Of a DNA stretch of 64,000 nt, positions 47,280 through 59,395 are shown piece after piece. Origin of the DNA: Macrostomum hystrix (Eukaryota; Animalia; Platyhelminthes). A program made the position numbers and the translations under genes. The stretch spans positions 3,162,001 to 3,226,000 of the forward strand of contig CATNEN010000025.1 in the NCBI GenBank assembly GCA_950097015.1, given 5' to 3'. How positions within the stretch are numbered: the first letter of the stretch is position 1; each line of letters opens with the position of its first letter. The notes under the pieces are model-generated. The model was not told where the DNA came from. It searched no databases and saw nothing but the letters and a program-made list of their open reading frames with translations.

Positions 47280-49801
47280 TCACATCATCGGTCTGGTGTC
47301 ACCACTGATACTCATTGGCAGGCTCTCGCTAGTGGGAAACAAGTGCTGCTGCTGCTGCTGCTGCTTCAGTTCTAAGGGATCCGATACTGGGACAACGAAG
47401 GCTTGGTGCGGCCCAGCCTTCACCACCTCGCCCCATTCGTCTGCAAGTTTAGAAAAGATAAAAAAGTGAACAAGGCACACGCTAGGCAGTAAGTAGAATT
47501 ATTTAGTCACTAAATGGGAAACACTGGTGTCAGGAGATCTGTGTCACTATAATAGGAAACACTGGTGTGTCAGGAGATCTGTGTCACTATAATAGGAAAC
47601 ACTGGTGTGTCAGGAGATCTGTGTCACTATAATAGGAAACACTGGTGTGTCAGGAGATCTGTGTCACTATAATAGGAAACACTGGTGTGTCAGGAGATCT
47701 GTGTCACTATAATAGGAAACACTGGTGTGTCAGTAGAGCTGTGTCACTATAATAGGAAACACTGGTGTGTCAGTAGAGCTGTGTCACTATAATAGGAAAC
47801 ACAGGTGTGTCAGGAGAGCTGTGTCACTATAATAGGAAACACTGGTGTGTCAGTAGAGCTGTGTCACTATAATAGGAAACACTGGTGTGTCAGTAGAGCT
47901 GTGTCACTATAATAGGAAACACTGGTGTGTCAGGAGATCTGTGTCACTATAATAGGAAACAGGTGTGTAAGATGCCATATGACTGATACAATTGCGTATC
48001 AGACCACAAGGTGTTGGTATAGTCAGTGGTTAGATGACAAATACAATGAGTTTCAAAAGCAAGCAAAGGGGTGCCAGACTCACTTCTTTCTAAAGTGCGG
48101 TTGCGCAACCGTCTCCGGACCAGGGTGGCAACAATAAACACGAGGATAGCGAAAGCGATGACGCAAGCTGAAAATAAAAAAGATACCTATTATTATTTTC
48201 ACCGGGCTAAATAAAGACTGAAGCGACGTTATAAGTATGAGAATGCCTGGTCAACAACGTCTTGGAGTGTTCATTCGGCTTGGAGTCCAATAAGAAGATC
48301 ATACATGTTCATAACTAGTGGTTAAAATACATTTACCAGTTGATTATCATCTATTAGTTTATTGTTTTCTGCAGTTATTGACGAAAAACTTAAGACGCCT
48401 TTAGAGCAGGGCAAGCACTTTGTAATGACGAACGACGAAACAACGAAAAAAACCGTCGTTATGAAATCAGTGGATGCCTTGTTGTTCATCGACCTAAGAT
48501 TTCGTTTCATAGTCCATAATCATAGTATAAGGGCACCGAATGAAATGAGGACTCGCAACTCACCCAGCACCATAATGATGAACACTGGTAGTGTCATGTT
48601 GGCAATGCGGCCAGTGCATGAGTAAGCAAATTCGTCCGAATTGTCGTAGCAATTATCGACGCCGTCGCAAACCAGCGAGCTGGGCAGGCAGCGGTAGCGA
48701 TAGTGCCAGCAGCTGAAATAGCCGGCCGGACAAGAGAACGATGCGCCGCGAATGAAGCTGCTGATTGTGACGTCGAAGGCATCCTCGCGTTTCACGGTGC
48801 GCATCGGATCGTCAGGGTTGTAGGAGAGCATGATCTTCTGATTTGGCCCCTTGGTTTCGTCGAAGTGCATGTCGGGGCAGCGCTGCAGATAGTCGGTACA
48901 GTTGCAGCTCATCAGAGGCAGTGGGTCAGCCGGCACAGTAACCTCGGAGCCGCGCCATTCGTCCGGCACCACGTCTGTACGCCAGGCAGTGAAGATGAAC
49001 ACTGTAAATGTTGGGCAGCTCTGGCCGATTCGACGCAAGTTCACCTTGTTCAGGCGCACCGCCATGTAGAGGTCCCTCTCTTGCGCTTCAAAGTACATTG
49101 TGCAGTTTACTCTAGAGACTATTGGGCCATTGCTTATTCGAAAGCCATAGCCACGCCTTGTTGTGTCATAGCAGGATTCCATTTTTTCTGTATATTGTGG
49201 TGAATATAAATTAAAGTTATTAGGTAATTCAAGAAATTTATGCTACGAGCATATTAGTGTGAACAAACAAGAAAACGATGCTTGTTCAATTTTTTTCTCA
49301 CAATTTTTTTCCTAAAGAATACAATTTGTAAACAAACAATAACAAACAAAAAATTACAATTGTTGTAAAAACACGAAAAAGAATTGATTATGTATACTGA
49401 ATGAAACAAAAAAATAATTCCAAAATTACCCCACAAAATGTGTCATCCATTACATTTTTTCAGCTTATCTCTATGAGCTTTAATAATAAATAGGTTATAA
49501 GAAATAAGAAGAAAGAAGTTACTTATATATTAATCATATATATATATAAGTATAATAAAATATTAAAGTTAAATGTAGGGTTTATATGCACCACCTAAAC
49601 TTTGTGATTAAAAAACTCTTAACGAAAATTACTTAAAAGTGAAGGTCATTAAAAAAATATTGGTAAAGGCAGCAAAGCACAGCCAGTCACTTTACAATTT
49701 ACTTATGCTCGGTGATAGATGGTCTTACCTAATGCAGTGAAGGAAAAAACGAGTGGCAGAAAACATAGTAGTAGTAGAAGAAATATTAGTTGGCTCTTCA
49801 T
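47280..49801 (-). CDS. Type I membrane protein: signal peptide, divergent CUB-like domain, LDLa module, TM, short tail (313 aa, 4 exons)
   Basis: complement(join(47280..47440,48084..48167,48564..49187,49729..49801)), all phase-1 introns; signal MKSQLIFLLLLLCFLPLVFS; six-Cys LDLa CPAGYFSC..RCLPSSLVCDGVDNCYDNSDE..C; TM followed by RRR. Confidence 0.85.
47520..47962. repeat. 40-mer minisatellite AAACACTGGTGTGTCAGGAGATCTGTGTCACTATAATAGG
   Basis: About 11 units in an intron of the CUB-LDLa gene. Confidence 0.95.
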
Positions 49802-51272
49802 TTTTATTTGTGAAAAAAAACGGTTAAATATTATACGCTTAGTCCTATGCGCTTTATTCCTAGTAACTAAATAATTTGTACACTTCCCTTAAAACAAATC
49901 TATCAAAATTCTGAGGAAAACGCTTCGCTCCCAGCAGTTAATACAATAGTTCTAGATTTACGAACAGATAAACTTAAGAAAAGTGATTTCAGATCATAGT
50001 AAATACGTTGGACGTGCATTGGTACTGTTTAATAAGTATGTTTGTTTTATTTTAATAAATACTCCGGTAAAAAAACCGGACTATTTTGCATTTTTTTAGA
50101 TGTTTATAGTAAATTTGTTTTCGCAGTGTATTTTTTATGAGAAAAACATTTTGCTTCGCAAAGTAGGACACGATTGCATGAACCGCTAAACTCAAATTAA
50201 CAGAAGTATTCCAAAACTGCAAGCATAAGTCATTTTGTCAAATTGACTGCTGCATGATAATGTTCGCATTATTAATATTTTTTCTGTATATTTTCTGTAT
50301 ATATATATATATACAGAAATGTATATTTCAGATAGTACAGCTAGTATAGCATCCGATTCATTTCACCAAAAAGGACAAACGAATCAATCAAAAGTCATGT
50401 GACTACTATTAATAGTATCAAATCCATTTTTATGTCATAGCGACCAACAATCAAACCAATCATGTTACCTAAAATCAATCAAAGGGTCAAGAAATATAAT
50501 ACATCTTTTTGCGCTTCTACTACTTTTAAAAACGAGTTATAAAAAAGTCTATCCTCTCAAGTTGTCAAGCGTTGACCGAAACTTTTTGACACCAGTTTGA
50601 CACCTGTACACTGAACGTACTCATCGAACCCGAGAGGGTTCGATTCTCTATAAATACAAGAACTCCAGAGCGAGCCCAGATTCAGAGTCTCGCCGAGAAG
50701 AGGAAACGGAGAGAAGTGAATCGGACTACAGGTCCAAGACTTGTGGTAAGAGTTCCTTGAGTTATCCTAATTAATTATTTATTAATTTGAAGTCTTTGAT
50801 TGAGCTAAGTTAAACCTCTCCAAGTAATCGTTTAACTAACGATTAAGTCGTAGTCACAGACGTGTGATTACATTGATTATACTACAAGGGATAAGCGCCA
50901 GACTAATTGTGGTAGAACCTACCAAAGCTGGTAAGAAGGAACACACTCCACAAGTGACTATTGGTTAAACGACGTCAGCGACAAATCGAAGTCAGGAAGA
51001 CACAGCACCGAACGTAGGTTCCATAATTACTATTGATCCGTTGTAACTGCAACCGAAACAAAGAGAATAAATTAACTTCTCGGGTATTCGAACGATCCAG
51101 GTACCTGAAGGGCAACCAGAAGCCAAACAAGAGCCAGAACATCAAAGCCTGCAGCAACCGAAGAGAGACAAGAGAATCATAGTATTGAAGTTGCATATTT
51201 TAAATTATAATTCTTCTTCCCACGGCTGTAAAGCAGAAATTTTTTTCCCCCAAAGGGGGTCTTGGTAGCTAG

Positions 51273-53057
51273 TCTAATGTACTAATATATCTTGCTTGCT
51301 TGCTTGTAATCGATTTTCTCACGAACGGCTCAACCGATTTTCACCATTTCTTCACCAAAAGATGCCAAATATGGGAAAATTATACACGTATTTTATTATG
51401 CTTAACTTGATTGCCTAGGGGATTAAATATTCGAAAAATCTGTTTCAGATGGGATTTTTAATGCATTCAATCAGAGCCAGTTTCGTCAACGTGCATACTA
51501 CTGCCAATTTTAATAATTCCATCCGGGCCAGTTTTTGTTAAAAGTGTGCACACTGTAAGAATCTCACTGTGAAAAATGTACATAGCTATGTCAACCCAAC
51601 TGGCGAGATAGTCAGTGCGAATTTATAAATATATTACATCACAGTTTTTCTCACCCGTGTGTGTTTGATTTGAATAGGTAAAATGTACATAGCAGACATC
51701 AATTAAATTCAACGATATATTGCTCAATACTAGCGAGACGTCTACTCCTTTCTTACTACAACATAAATGAATCATCAAACCTTGTCTCAATTTCAATTGT
51801 CCAACAGTTTTTAATGTGTTTAGCAGGTTTCTAGATGTGTTTAACAGATTTCTAGATGTGTTTAACAGGTTTCAAGATGGGTTTAATATTTTTCTAAATG
51901 TGCTTAACAGTTTTCTAAATTTGTTTAACATTCTAAATGTGTCCAAAAGTTTTCTGAATGTGTCCATTAATAACTAATATTCTAAATGCGTCAAAAAGTT
52001 TTTAAATATGTTGAACAGTTAATAATGGAGTCTAACAGTTTTCTAATGAGTCTAAAAGTTTTCCAAGGAATCTAACAGTTTTTAAGGAGTCTAACAGTTT
52101 TCTAAATGTATCTACAGTGCCACATGTAACGGAAGATGTAACAGGAGATATTTGTTGCCTGCTGGGCTGAGTAAAATCGTTTCTCTGCTATATGGGGGCA
52201 AATATTTCGTGCTGGGGTTTTGGTAGCCTCCAAGTAGCCTCCATTCTGGTATTATGGAGGTTCTCTTCTGTTTGGAGGAAATTAATTCTTTGCTGCTGGG
52301 GGGACATTGGTTACTTGCTGCTGGGGGGACATTGGTTACTTGCTGCTGGGGGGGACATTGGTTACTTGCTGCTGGGGGGACATTGGTTCTCTGGTGCTGG
52401 GGGGACATTAGTTCTCTGCTGCTGGGGGGGACATTAGTTATCTGCTGCTGGGGGGACATTAGTTCTCTGATGCTGGAGGGACATTAGTTCTCTGCTGCTG
52501 GAGGGACATTAGTTCTCTGCTGCTGGAGGGAAATTAGTTCTCTGCTGCTGGAGGGAAATTAGTTCTCTGCTGTTTAGGGGACATTGGTTATTTGCTGCCG
52601 GGGGGAACATTGGTTATTTGCTACTGAGGGAACATTAGTTCTCTGCTGCTCGGGGGACGTTAGTTCTCTGCTGTTTGGGGGACATTAGTTCTCTGCTGTT
52701 TGGGGGACATTTAATTAGTTCTCTGCTGCTGAGGGGATAGTATTAATATTCACATGTACCTTAGTAGATAGATGAGTTGTATCAAACGTTAGTTACTTGT
52801 GTAATTCTGCCCCAATGGAGCTCTTGGTGTAGAGACCGGATGTCTCAGAATGCATTCGAGCTCAGACAGACTATTTTTGTATTTAGTGAGAATTCAAATT
52901 CTTGCTGAATCTCAATCACGTATATTCGCAAACAGGGAAATTAATACTGACGAAATAAGTTTTCGTTTTTGTTTACTTTCAAGCGTGTTTTGTCCTTATG
53001 CATTACACAATTTTTTTTCTGAACAGTAGTGCCCCCCAAGGGGGCTTAGTGTGCTAG
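51273..53057 (+). mobile_element. Non-autonomous Helitron-like element, head-to-tail with the 3' end of another copy
   Basis: Starts TC, then (CTTG)n and an AACCGATTTT core; ends with a GCCCCC/GGGGGC hairpin (53031-53045), 8 nt, CTAG, then T; preceded by a CCCCC/GGGGG hairpin and CTAG (51247-51272). Confidence 0.6.
52292..52738. repeat. About 23-24-mer repeat GGGGGACATTAGTTCTCTGCTGCT
   Basis: Inside the Helitron-like unit; a degenerate 20-mer array also lies at about 51820-52115. Confidence 0.88.
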
Positions 53058-53109
53058 TTTTGCTCTATAACAATATTTAATACAAAAATAATCATTAAAA
53101 ATAATATTT

Positions 53110-53405
53110 GATTACACCTGCCCCAATCGGGCCAGATGTGCAGCCGACAGCACAGCCGCAGCTATTGCGCAGCGCATCTGAAAGCTGCGTACTGCTGTTC
53201 AGTCCATGGACTGGGGTGTCGCCACACCCACCCCTCAATTATAAAAACGCCATCTAATGTTGGCATCTATTTCACCGCCGGGTGAACTGAAGAAAGCATA
53301 GTTGAGTGCATGTGTTGCTAAAGGACACAACTTTTTCCATTGGAGTCGGGAATCGACCATTAAGTCATGAGTCCAACGTCCAACTAGGCTACTATACCAC
53401 CGCTA
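53110..53405 (-). mobile_element. tRNA-derived SINE family B (CORE-like central domain)
   Basis: Minus: tRNA-like head ending GATTCCCGACTC, core TTGTGTCCTTTAGCAA..TTCACCC..GAAATAG, body CAGTCCATGGACTGAACAG..CACATCTGGCCC. Confidence 0.6.
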
Positions 53406-54725
53406 ATACGAACCTATGTGTCTCTGAATAAGCTACTATTTAAGGCACTAAAGTGTTTTGAATTTTCAGGAGACAAAAAGCGAGAGAAAAGGTTCTCTAA
53501 GAGGTCCACAGGTCCACAAAAATGTTCTATTAGAAAATTGTACGATCTCTCTCGTTTGAATCCGATCGATCAGATCAAATTGCGGTCGTACCCGCCCAGC
53601 TCCCCCGTCACTGTCTGAGGAGCCAATGCAGAGCAAGGAAGAGACAATATTTTGAAAGATTCTGTTCGTTGTAAAATAAGTGAGAAAAGTCACGCAACGA
53701 AACGGGCGACGCTTTCGAAATAAAATACTGCCTGCTTTGACAGAAACCGACACGAAACCTGATGGGGATGACAAGGCGTTGTCTAGGCGAATTCCGGGCT
53801 TCTCAAAAACCAGTCAAAGCCAATTCGATCCGGCTGCTTCCTAAAGCGTAACTTTTGCTAATGCACAGAGCTCTCAAACCGCTCTGGATTTCAAGCTGTC
53901 AGGACAATACCGTACTCGCACATTCCTTTCCGAGAGCACTCGAGACGCTTATAGTTACCCCGGACTAAAGAGAAAGGGAAGAGAGAGTTGATTGTGAGCC
54001 CATGAAAATAAAATTTCTCGTCCCGGTAGTTCCGTGGTTAGTCGTGCAGCCCAGTCCTGCCCGAGCCCAGGCCCCGGTGGGCTGATATACTCAGTCGCGT
54101 GCTCGTGACGCGCAGTGAACCACACACACACACACGCACACACACGCACACAAACATAGTGCACTGCAACAATTGTTTGCGACCAGGGATCAACGGCCGA
54201 GGGAAGGGTTTAAAGAAAAATCGTGCGCGCTCCATTTTAAGCATAACGATTGCCATTGGCCGTTGGCCACCCTGAGTGAGCGCATTAAAAAACTGTTAAT
54301 CCTTGCGTGCAGGAGAGAAAGAGAAGCTAGGGACACATTTGGCGAGTGCGGGAGTGCGAACCAGAGTCAACTGCTTGTTTACCGCTCTGCAAGTGACCAG
54401 TGCACCAGTGCGCCAACACGCCATACTGAGTCCAGCTCACAAACTGGACACATGAGGGTTGGCTCTCAGCGCGGCGGCCAATTGTGAGGCGGCGAGCTTT
54501 CAGGATCGCACTTTGCGCTTAGGCGAAGGGAAGAGTGGAGTCGGAGGTGACGCAGGGCTAGCTTTGGCGCAAAAGGGCGGGCCCACAGGGCGCAGTCCCA
54601 AAGAGTAATAGACGGAAAAAAGCGAATCGAGTGTCCCAGCGCTAGACAATTGGCGGGTTGGGGATAGGCCTCAGCGAGAGATACATTTTTCAAAACGGCC
54701 CTTTCGCCAAGGAGCCGCGCATTGA

Positions 54726-57700
54726 ATGTCGTCGACGAATGCCACATTAGCAACAACGGTCAGTCCGACCGCTTTGTGTGTGGCCGACCGCAAATGGTAC
54801 GTTTTCCTTTCATCTAGTGGCATCGCTCTGGCTAGTGGCGTGGTCCTGGTACTGCTCTTTCGGCTGGCTGAGTATCTGCTCGAGCGCCTGGATGCCTATC
54901 AGAGAGCTCGACGCGTTAAGAACGATGACATAATTCCGACTGCCCCCACCACTGCAGACACCGTAGGCTCCGGGGTCCAGTCGGCGGAGGAGGAACACGC
55001 GAAGGTCAGCTGGACCACCGAAGCTAAAGACTGGGCCGGAGAGCTCATTTCCGGTCAGACAGCCACCGGTCGAATCCTGGTTGTGCTGGTGTTCCTGGTC
55101 AGCATCGCGTCTCTAGTTGTGTACGTTGCGGACACTGTACGAATGGTAGATACTGAGGAATGTGTGTCTTGGCCTCTAAGCGTCAGTCATCAAGTCGACT
55201 TGGCTTTTAACATCGTGTTTCTTCTCTACTTTTTCATACGATTTATTGCCGCACATGACAAACTATGGTTCTGGTTCGAGTTGTACAGCCTCGTAGACAT
55301 CTTCACAATACCGCCAAGCTTTGTGGCCATTTACATGAACAGAACATGGATTGGGCTGAGGTTCACCCGTGCCCTCAGGATCTTAAGCCTACCAGACGTT
55401 CTCCAGTACCTGAATGTTCTACGCACCAGCACCAGCATCCGCCTGTTTCAGCTCATCACATTCTTCGCATCGTTGGTCTTAACAGCGGCCGGCTTTATTC
55501 ATCTTGCTGAAAACTCCGGTGATCCGCCGAATTTTACGAACCGGAATCGCAATTTCGACATGAACTACTTTACCTGCATCTATTTTGTTATAGTTACTAT
55601 AGCGACGGTCGGCTACGGAGATGTGTTTTGTACAACCACGACGGGTCGCATTTTCTCAGCACTGGTAATAATGGGCGGCCTAGCGGTGTTTGCCAACTCC
55701 ATCCCGGAGATCGCTGATATCCTCAGCTCGCGCAACAAATACGGGGGCACCTTTCGCAAGGAGGCCGGCAAGCAGCATATTGTGCTGTGCGGCCACATCA
55801 CCTACGAATCTGTGTCCAACTTTCTTGGTGATTTCCTGCACGAGGACCGCGAGGATGTCGATGTACAGATTGTGATCCTTGATAAACACGTGCCAGACCT
55901 GGAACTGCAGGGCTTGCTAAAGCGGCACTTCACACAGGTCGACTTCTTTCAGGGCTCAGTAATGAATGCTCGGGATCTGGGCCGGGTGGATCTGCCCACA
56001 GCCGACGCCTGCCTCGTGCTCGCCAATCGCTACTGCCCAGATCCAGACGCCGAGGATGCCGCTAACATCATGCGCGTCATCTCAATCAAGAACTTTTGCG
56101 ACCACATCAAGGTGATCATCCAGCTCATGCAGTACCACAACAAGACCTACCTGCTGAACATACCCAGCTGGGACTGGAAGCAGGGAGATGATGCTGTATG
56201 CGTTGCTGAGCTCAAACTGGGCTTCATCGCGCAGAGCTGCCTGGCATTTGGCTTTTCGACGCTGCTTGCTAATCTATTCACAATGAGAAGCTATCGAGAG
56301 GGCAAGGAAATGCCCGTGTGGCTCAATAACTACCTGGAGGGCGCAGGTATGGAGATGTACACCGAGTTTCTATCGCCAGCATTCGAAGGACTCAGCTTTC
56401 CAGCAGCTGCAGAGCTCTGCTTCAGCAAACTTCGCCTGCTGCTCATTGCAGTTGAGGCGAGGAACGATGCCAATAATGGAGAAAGCTGCATTGCCATAAA
56501 CCCTAAGGAGAACGTGATTGTACAAAAAGGCACACAGGGCTTCTTTGTTGCCCAGTCTGCCGAGGAAGTTAAGAAGGCCTATTTCTATTGCAAACGCTGC
56601 CACGGCGACGTGAACGAGGCCAAGCTAATCAGAAAATGCCGCTGTCGGTCGGCCACCGAGAAGCCACCCTCAAAAATGATCTTCCGCAATCGACACGGCA
56701 ACTCAAAAGCACCACAGGCTTCCGATTCGTCAAACGTTTTTGGAAACGGCAGTGCAGGAAACGGCGACAGAACCACAAACAATGGCGAGGCCACAGAGCT
56801 GCGGCAGCTTGTAGGCGGTCGGAAGCAGTCTCTGATGTCGAGCGCTCAGGAGGCCAAACTATTGGATCAGGTGGAGCGGAAGTTTGACTCAACGGGCATG
56901 TTCCACTGGTGCCCGGATGTCAGCTTCGAGGAGGCCTTACTAGACCGGGACCAAATGTCGCTGACGGTCTTCAGCAATCATATTGTCGTCTGTCTATTCG
57001 CAGATGCATCCAGCCCATTGATCGGCTTGCGCAGCTTCGTCATGCCCCTGAGGGCCAGCAACTTTCACTATGGTGAGCTGCGGCACGTGATTTTTGTCGG
57101 CAACGCCGACTACATGCGACGCGAATGGAAGACGCTCATGAACTTTCCTAAGCTGAGCGTTTTCCCCGGATCCCCACTGAACCGATCAAATCTTCGGGCA
57201 GTGAATATCAACTTAGCTCAGATGTGCGTTGTACTCAGCTCCAAGCAGAACTCGGGTGGTGACGATGCCACTTTGGTGGACAAGGAGGCCATTCTCTGTT
57301 CGCTGAACATAAAGGCGATGAGCTTTGACACACCGCCTGAAGGCCGACGGCGAGCGAATAACGTCCGGATTCTTACTGAACTAGCCGTGGACGGTAACGT
57401 CCAGTTCCTTGACCAGGATGACGACGACGATCCAGACACAGCGCTCTACATGACCCAACCGTTCGCCTGTGGAACCTCATTTGCCGTCAGCGTGCTCGAC
57501 TCGCTGATGAGCACCGCCTACTTCAACGAGAACGCCCTGACACTCATCCGTACCCTGGTCACGGGCGGCGCCACACCCGAGCTGGAGCAGATCCTGGCCG
57601 AGGGCGCTGGCATCCGGGGCGGTTTCAGCAGTCCTGAGACTCTACGCAACCGAGACCGGACTCGCGTCACCCAGCTGCCTCTAGCCGACGACCGGCTAAA

Positions 57701-57950
57701 GGAGTTCAGCCAGGTGGGCAATACCTACTCAGACTTGTTCCTGGGAGCGCTGCGACGGCACGGCATTCTGTGCATCGGCCTCTACCGGTTTCTGGTGAAC
57801 GATGACACTGAAAGCGATCAACATGGGTCACCGCCCGCGGCTACCAAGCGATACGTCATCACCAATCCGCCGGCGACCTTCCCTGTCCATCCAACAGACC
57901 ACGTGTTCTGTCTGCAGCGCTTCTCAGCGTCCGAATCGAACCCGGCGTAG
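54726..57950 (+). CDS. slo1: Slo1/BK Ca2+-activated K+ channel alpha subunit, 1074 aa, single exon
   Basis: S0; KDWAG..QTATGR; S4 GLRFTRALR; filter TVGYGD; GGLAVFA; RCK1 [22 protein letters not shown]; CKRCH heme motif; Ca bowl DQDDDDDPD; C-terminal KRYVITNPP. Confidence 0.97.
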   Translation: MSSTNATLATTVSPTALCVADRKWYVFLSSSGIALASGVVLVLLFRLAEYLLERLDAYQRARRVKNDDIIPTAPTTADTVGSGVQSAEEEHAKVSWTTEAKDWAGELISGQTATGRILVVLVFLVSIASLVVYVADTVRMVDTEECVSWPLSVSHQVDLAFNIVFLLYFFIRFIAAHDKLWFWFELYSLVDIFTIPPSFVAIYMNRTWIGLRFTRALRILSLPDVLQYLNVLRTSTSIRLFQLITFFASLVLTAAGFIHLAENSGDPPNFTNRNRNFDMNYFTCIYFVIVTIATVGYGDVFCTTTTGRIFSALVIMGGLAVFANSIPEIADILSSRNKYGGTFRKEAGKQHIVLCGHITYESVSNFLGDFLHEDREDVDVQIVILDKHVPDLELQGLLKRHFTQVDFFQGSVMNARDLGRVDLPTADACLVLANRYCPDPDAEDAANIMRVISIKNFCDHIKVIIQLMQYHNKTYLLNIPSWDWKQGDDAVCVAELKLGFIAQSCLAFGFSTLLANLFTMRSYREGKEMPVWLNNYLEGAGMEMYTEFLSPAFEGLSFPAAAELCFSKLRLLLIAVEARNDANNGESCIAINPKENVIVQKGTQGFFVAQSAEEVKKAYFYCKRCHGDVNEAKLIRKCRCRSATEKPPSKMIFRNRHGNSKAPQASDSSNVFGNGSAGNGDRTTNNGEATELRQLVGGRKQSLMSSAQEAKLLDQVERKFDSTGMFHWCPDVSFEEALLDRDQMSLTVFSNHIVVCLFADASSPLIGLRSFVMPLRASNFHYGELRHVIFVGNADYMRREWKTLMNFPKLSVFPGSPLNRSNLRAVNINLAQMCVVLSSKQNSGGDDATLVDKEAILCSLNIKAMSFDTPPEGRRRANNVRILTELAVDGNVQFLDQDDDDDPDTALYMTQPFACGTSFAVSVLDSLMSTAYFNENALTLIRTLVTGGATPELEQILAEGAGIRGGFSSPETLRNRDRTRVTQLPLADDRLKEFSQVGNTYSDLFLGALRRHGILCIGLYRFLVNDDTESDQHGSPPAATKRYVITNPPATFPVHPTDHVFCLQRFSASESNPA

Positions 57951-58164
57951 ACCAAAGGCGAATTCTTCTACTTCCTGTTTTACTAGAACTGTCCATATTG
58001 CAATTCTGAATATCTGACGGTAGCTGAAAAAATTGGGAGTTCTTATTTTGTTCTAACCGTTTGCATTCTGAAAGTTCTGCTTGGGCTTTCTTGTCCTCAG
58101 ATAGCACAAGTATCCCCAAATTGTTCAGGATTGGAACTGATGAGAGTTAGTTTAACACATGACT

Positions 58165-58345
58165 TATAGACCTATGGTTAGAGCTTCGAACTTACTGAAT
58201 TAAAGGTCGGGAGTTCGATTCCCAACTCAAGAAAAAAATGGTATAGACGTAAAATGGGTACCAGCTGTACAGCTTTGAACAGCTGTACAAAGCCTCTGAA
58301 AGCGCCGCCACTATAGCTGTACATCTGGCCCAACTCTGCCTAGGT
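58165..58345 (+). mobile_element. SINE family B copy with internal deletion
   Basis: GGTCGGGAGTTCGATTCCCAACTC, AAAATGGGTACC, GCTGTACATCTGGCCCAA. Confidence 0.55.
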
Positions 58346-58957
58346 GTCGTCTATCTATCGAGACTGATGTTTGACTGAACTTTATATTCTTAGTTTAACT
58401 AGAAAAAATTCGGTAACTTGCCTACTGAAGAACTGTTGTAATTAATTCAGCTTGCAGTTTGCATTGCAAATTAGTTTTGTTAGCGTCTCACAGAAATAAT
58501 GACAGCTCTATAGTATCATTTATTCACACCGAGGTGACCAGTCCCATCAGACAATCGGAACACTGGTTGTTCCACTTCAGCTTTGCTCATTGTTCTTGTA
58601 TAAAACTAGTTGCAGTCGATTTGGCGATTATGAAATTCAATAATTGAAACAATATCATTGACTGTTGTTCGTCAAAAATTTATAATTTGGTAATCTTGAA
58701 TGGTATTCGCACGTGATATTTGTGCATGTAAAATTCATGGTGAACTCTTGCATTATGTAATCACGTTTGAATTTTAATTTCACGATGCCACTTAGATTAG
58801 CAGTATGCACTGTGTTTGTGTCTTGTTTCAGCTGTCCATGCAATAAATCAATTGATTTTAGATTGCCATTTAACTGTCTTGACTTGTACAACAAGTAGCT
58901 AACACATATTCTGATGGCTTGGCACAAAATTCTTGTATGTTTATTATCGATTATTCT

Positions 58958-59395
58958 AAATCTGGTGTACTCAGTCTTACATCTAGCAGCAGTTCTTCTA
59001 GATCTGGTGTACTCAGACTTACATCTAGCACCAGTTCTTCTAGATCTACTCAGACTTACATCTAGCACCAGTTCTTCTAGATCTGGTGTACTCAGTCTTA
59101 CATCTAGCAGCAGTTCTTCTAGATCTGGTGTACTCAGACTTACATCTAGCACCAGTTCTTCTAGATCTACTCAGACTTACATCTAGCACCAGTTCTTCTA
59201 GATCTGGTGTACTCAGTCTTACATCTAGCAGCAGTTCTTCTAGATCTGGTGTACTCAGACTTACATCTAGCACCAGTTCTTCTAGATCTGGTGTACTCAG
59301 ACTTACATCTAGCACCAGTTCTTCTAGATCTGGTGTACTCAGACTTACATCTAGCACCAGTTCTTCTAGATCTGGTGTACTCAGACTTACATCTT
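58958..59395. repeat. 42/37-mer repeat GATCT(GGTGT)ACTCAGACTTACATCTAGCACCAGTTCTTCTA
   Basis: About 10 units in A-B-C order. Confidence 0.93.

Noticed and set aside
47520-47962. CRISPR-like appearance of regular 26-42 bp repeats (here and elsewhere)
   Set aside because: Units are contiguous with no unique spacers, there are no cas genes, and the context is eukaryotic.
50975-51196. Hydrophobic ORF as the first exon of the CUB-LDLa gene
   Set aside because: Its donors are phase 2 and incompatible; exon 49729-49801 gives a proper phase-1 signal peptide.
54810-57721. Short alternative-frame and antisense ORFs within slo1 (likewise within hAT, BPHL and MATH-BTB)
   Set aside because: Expected shadows of GC-rich coding sequence.
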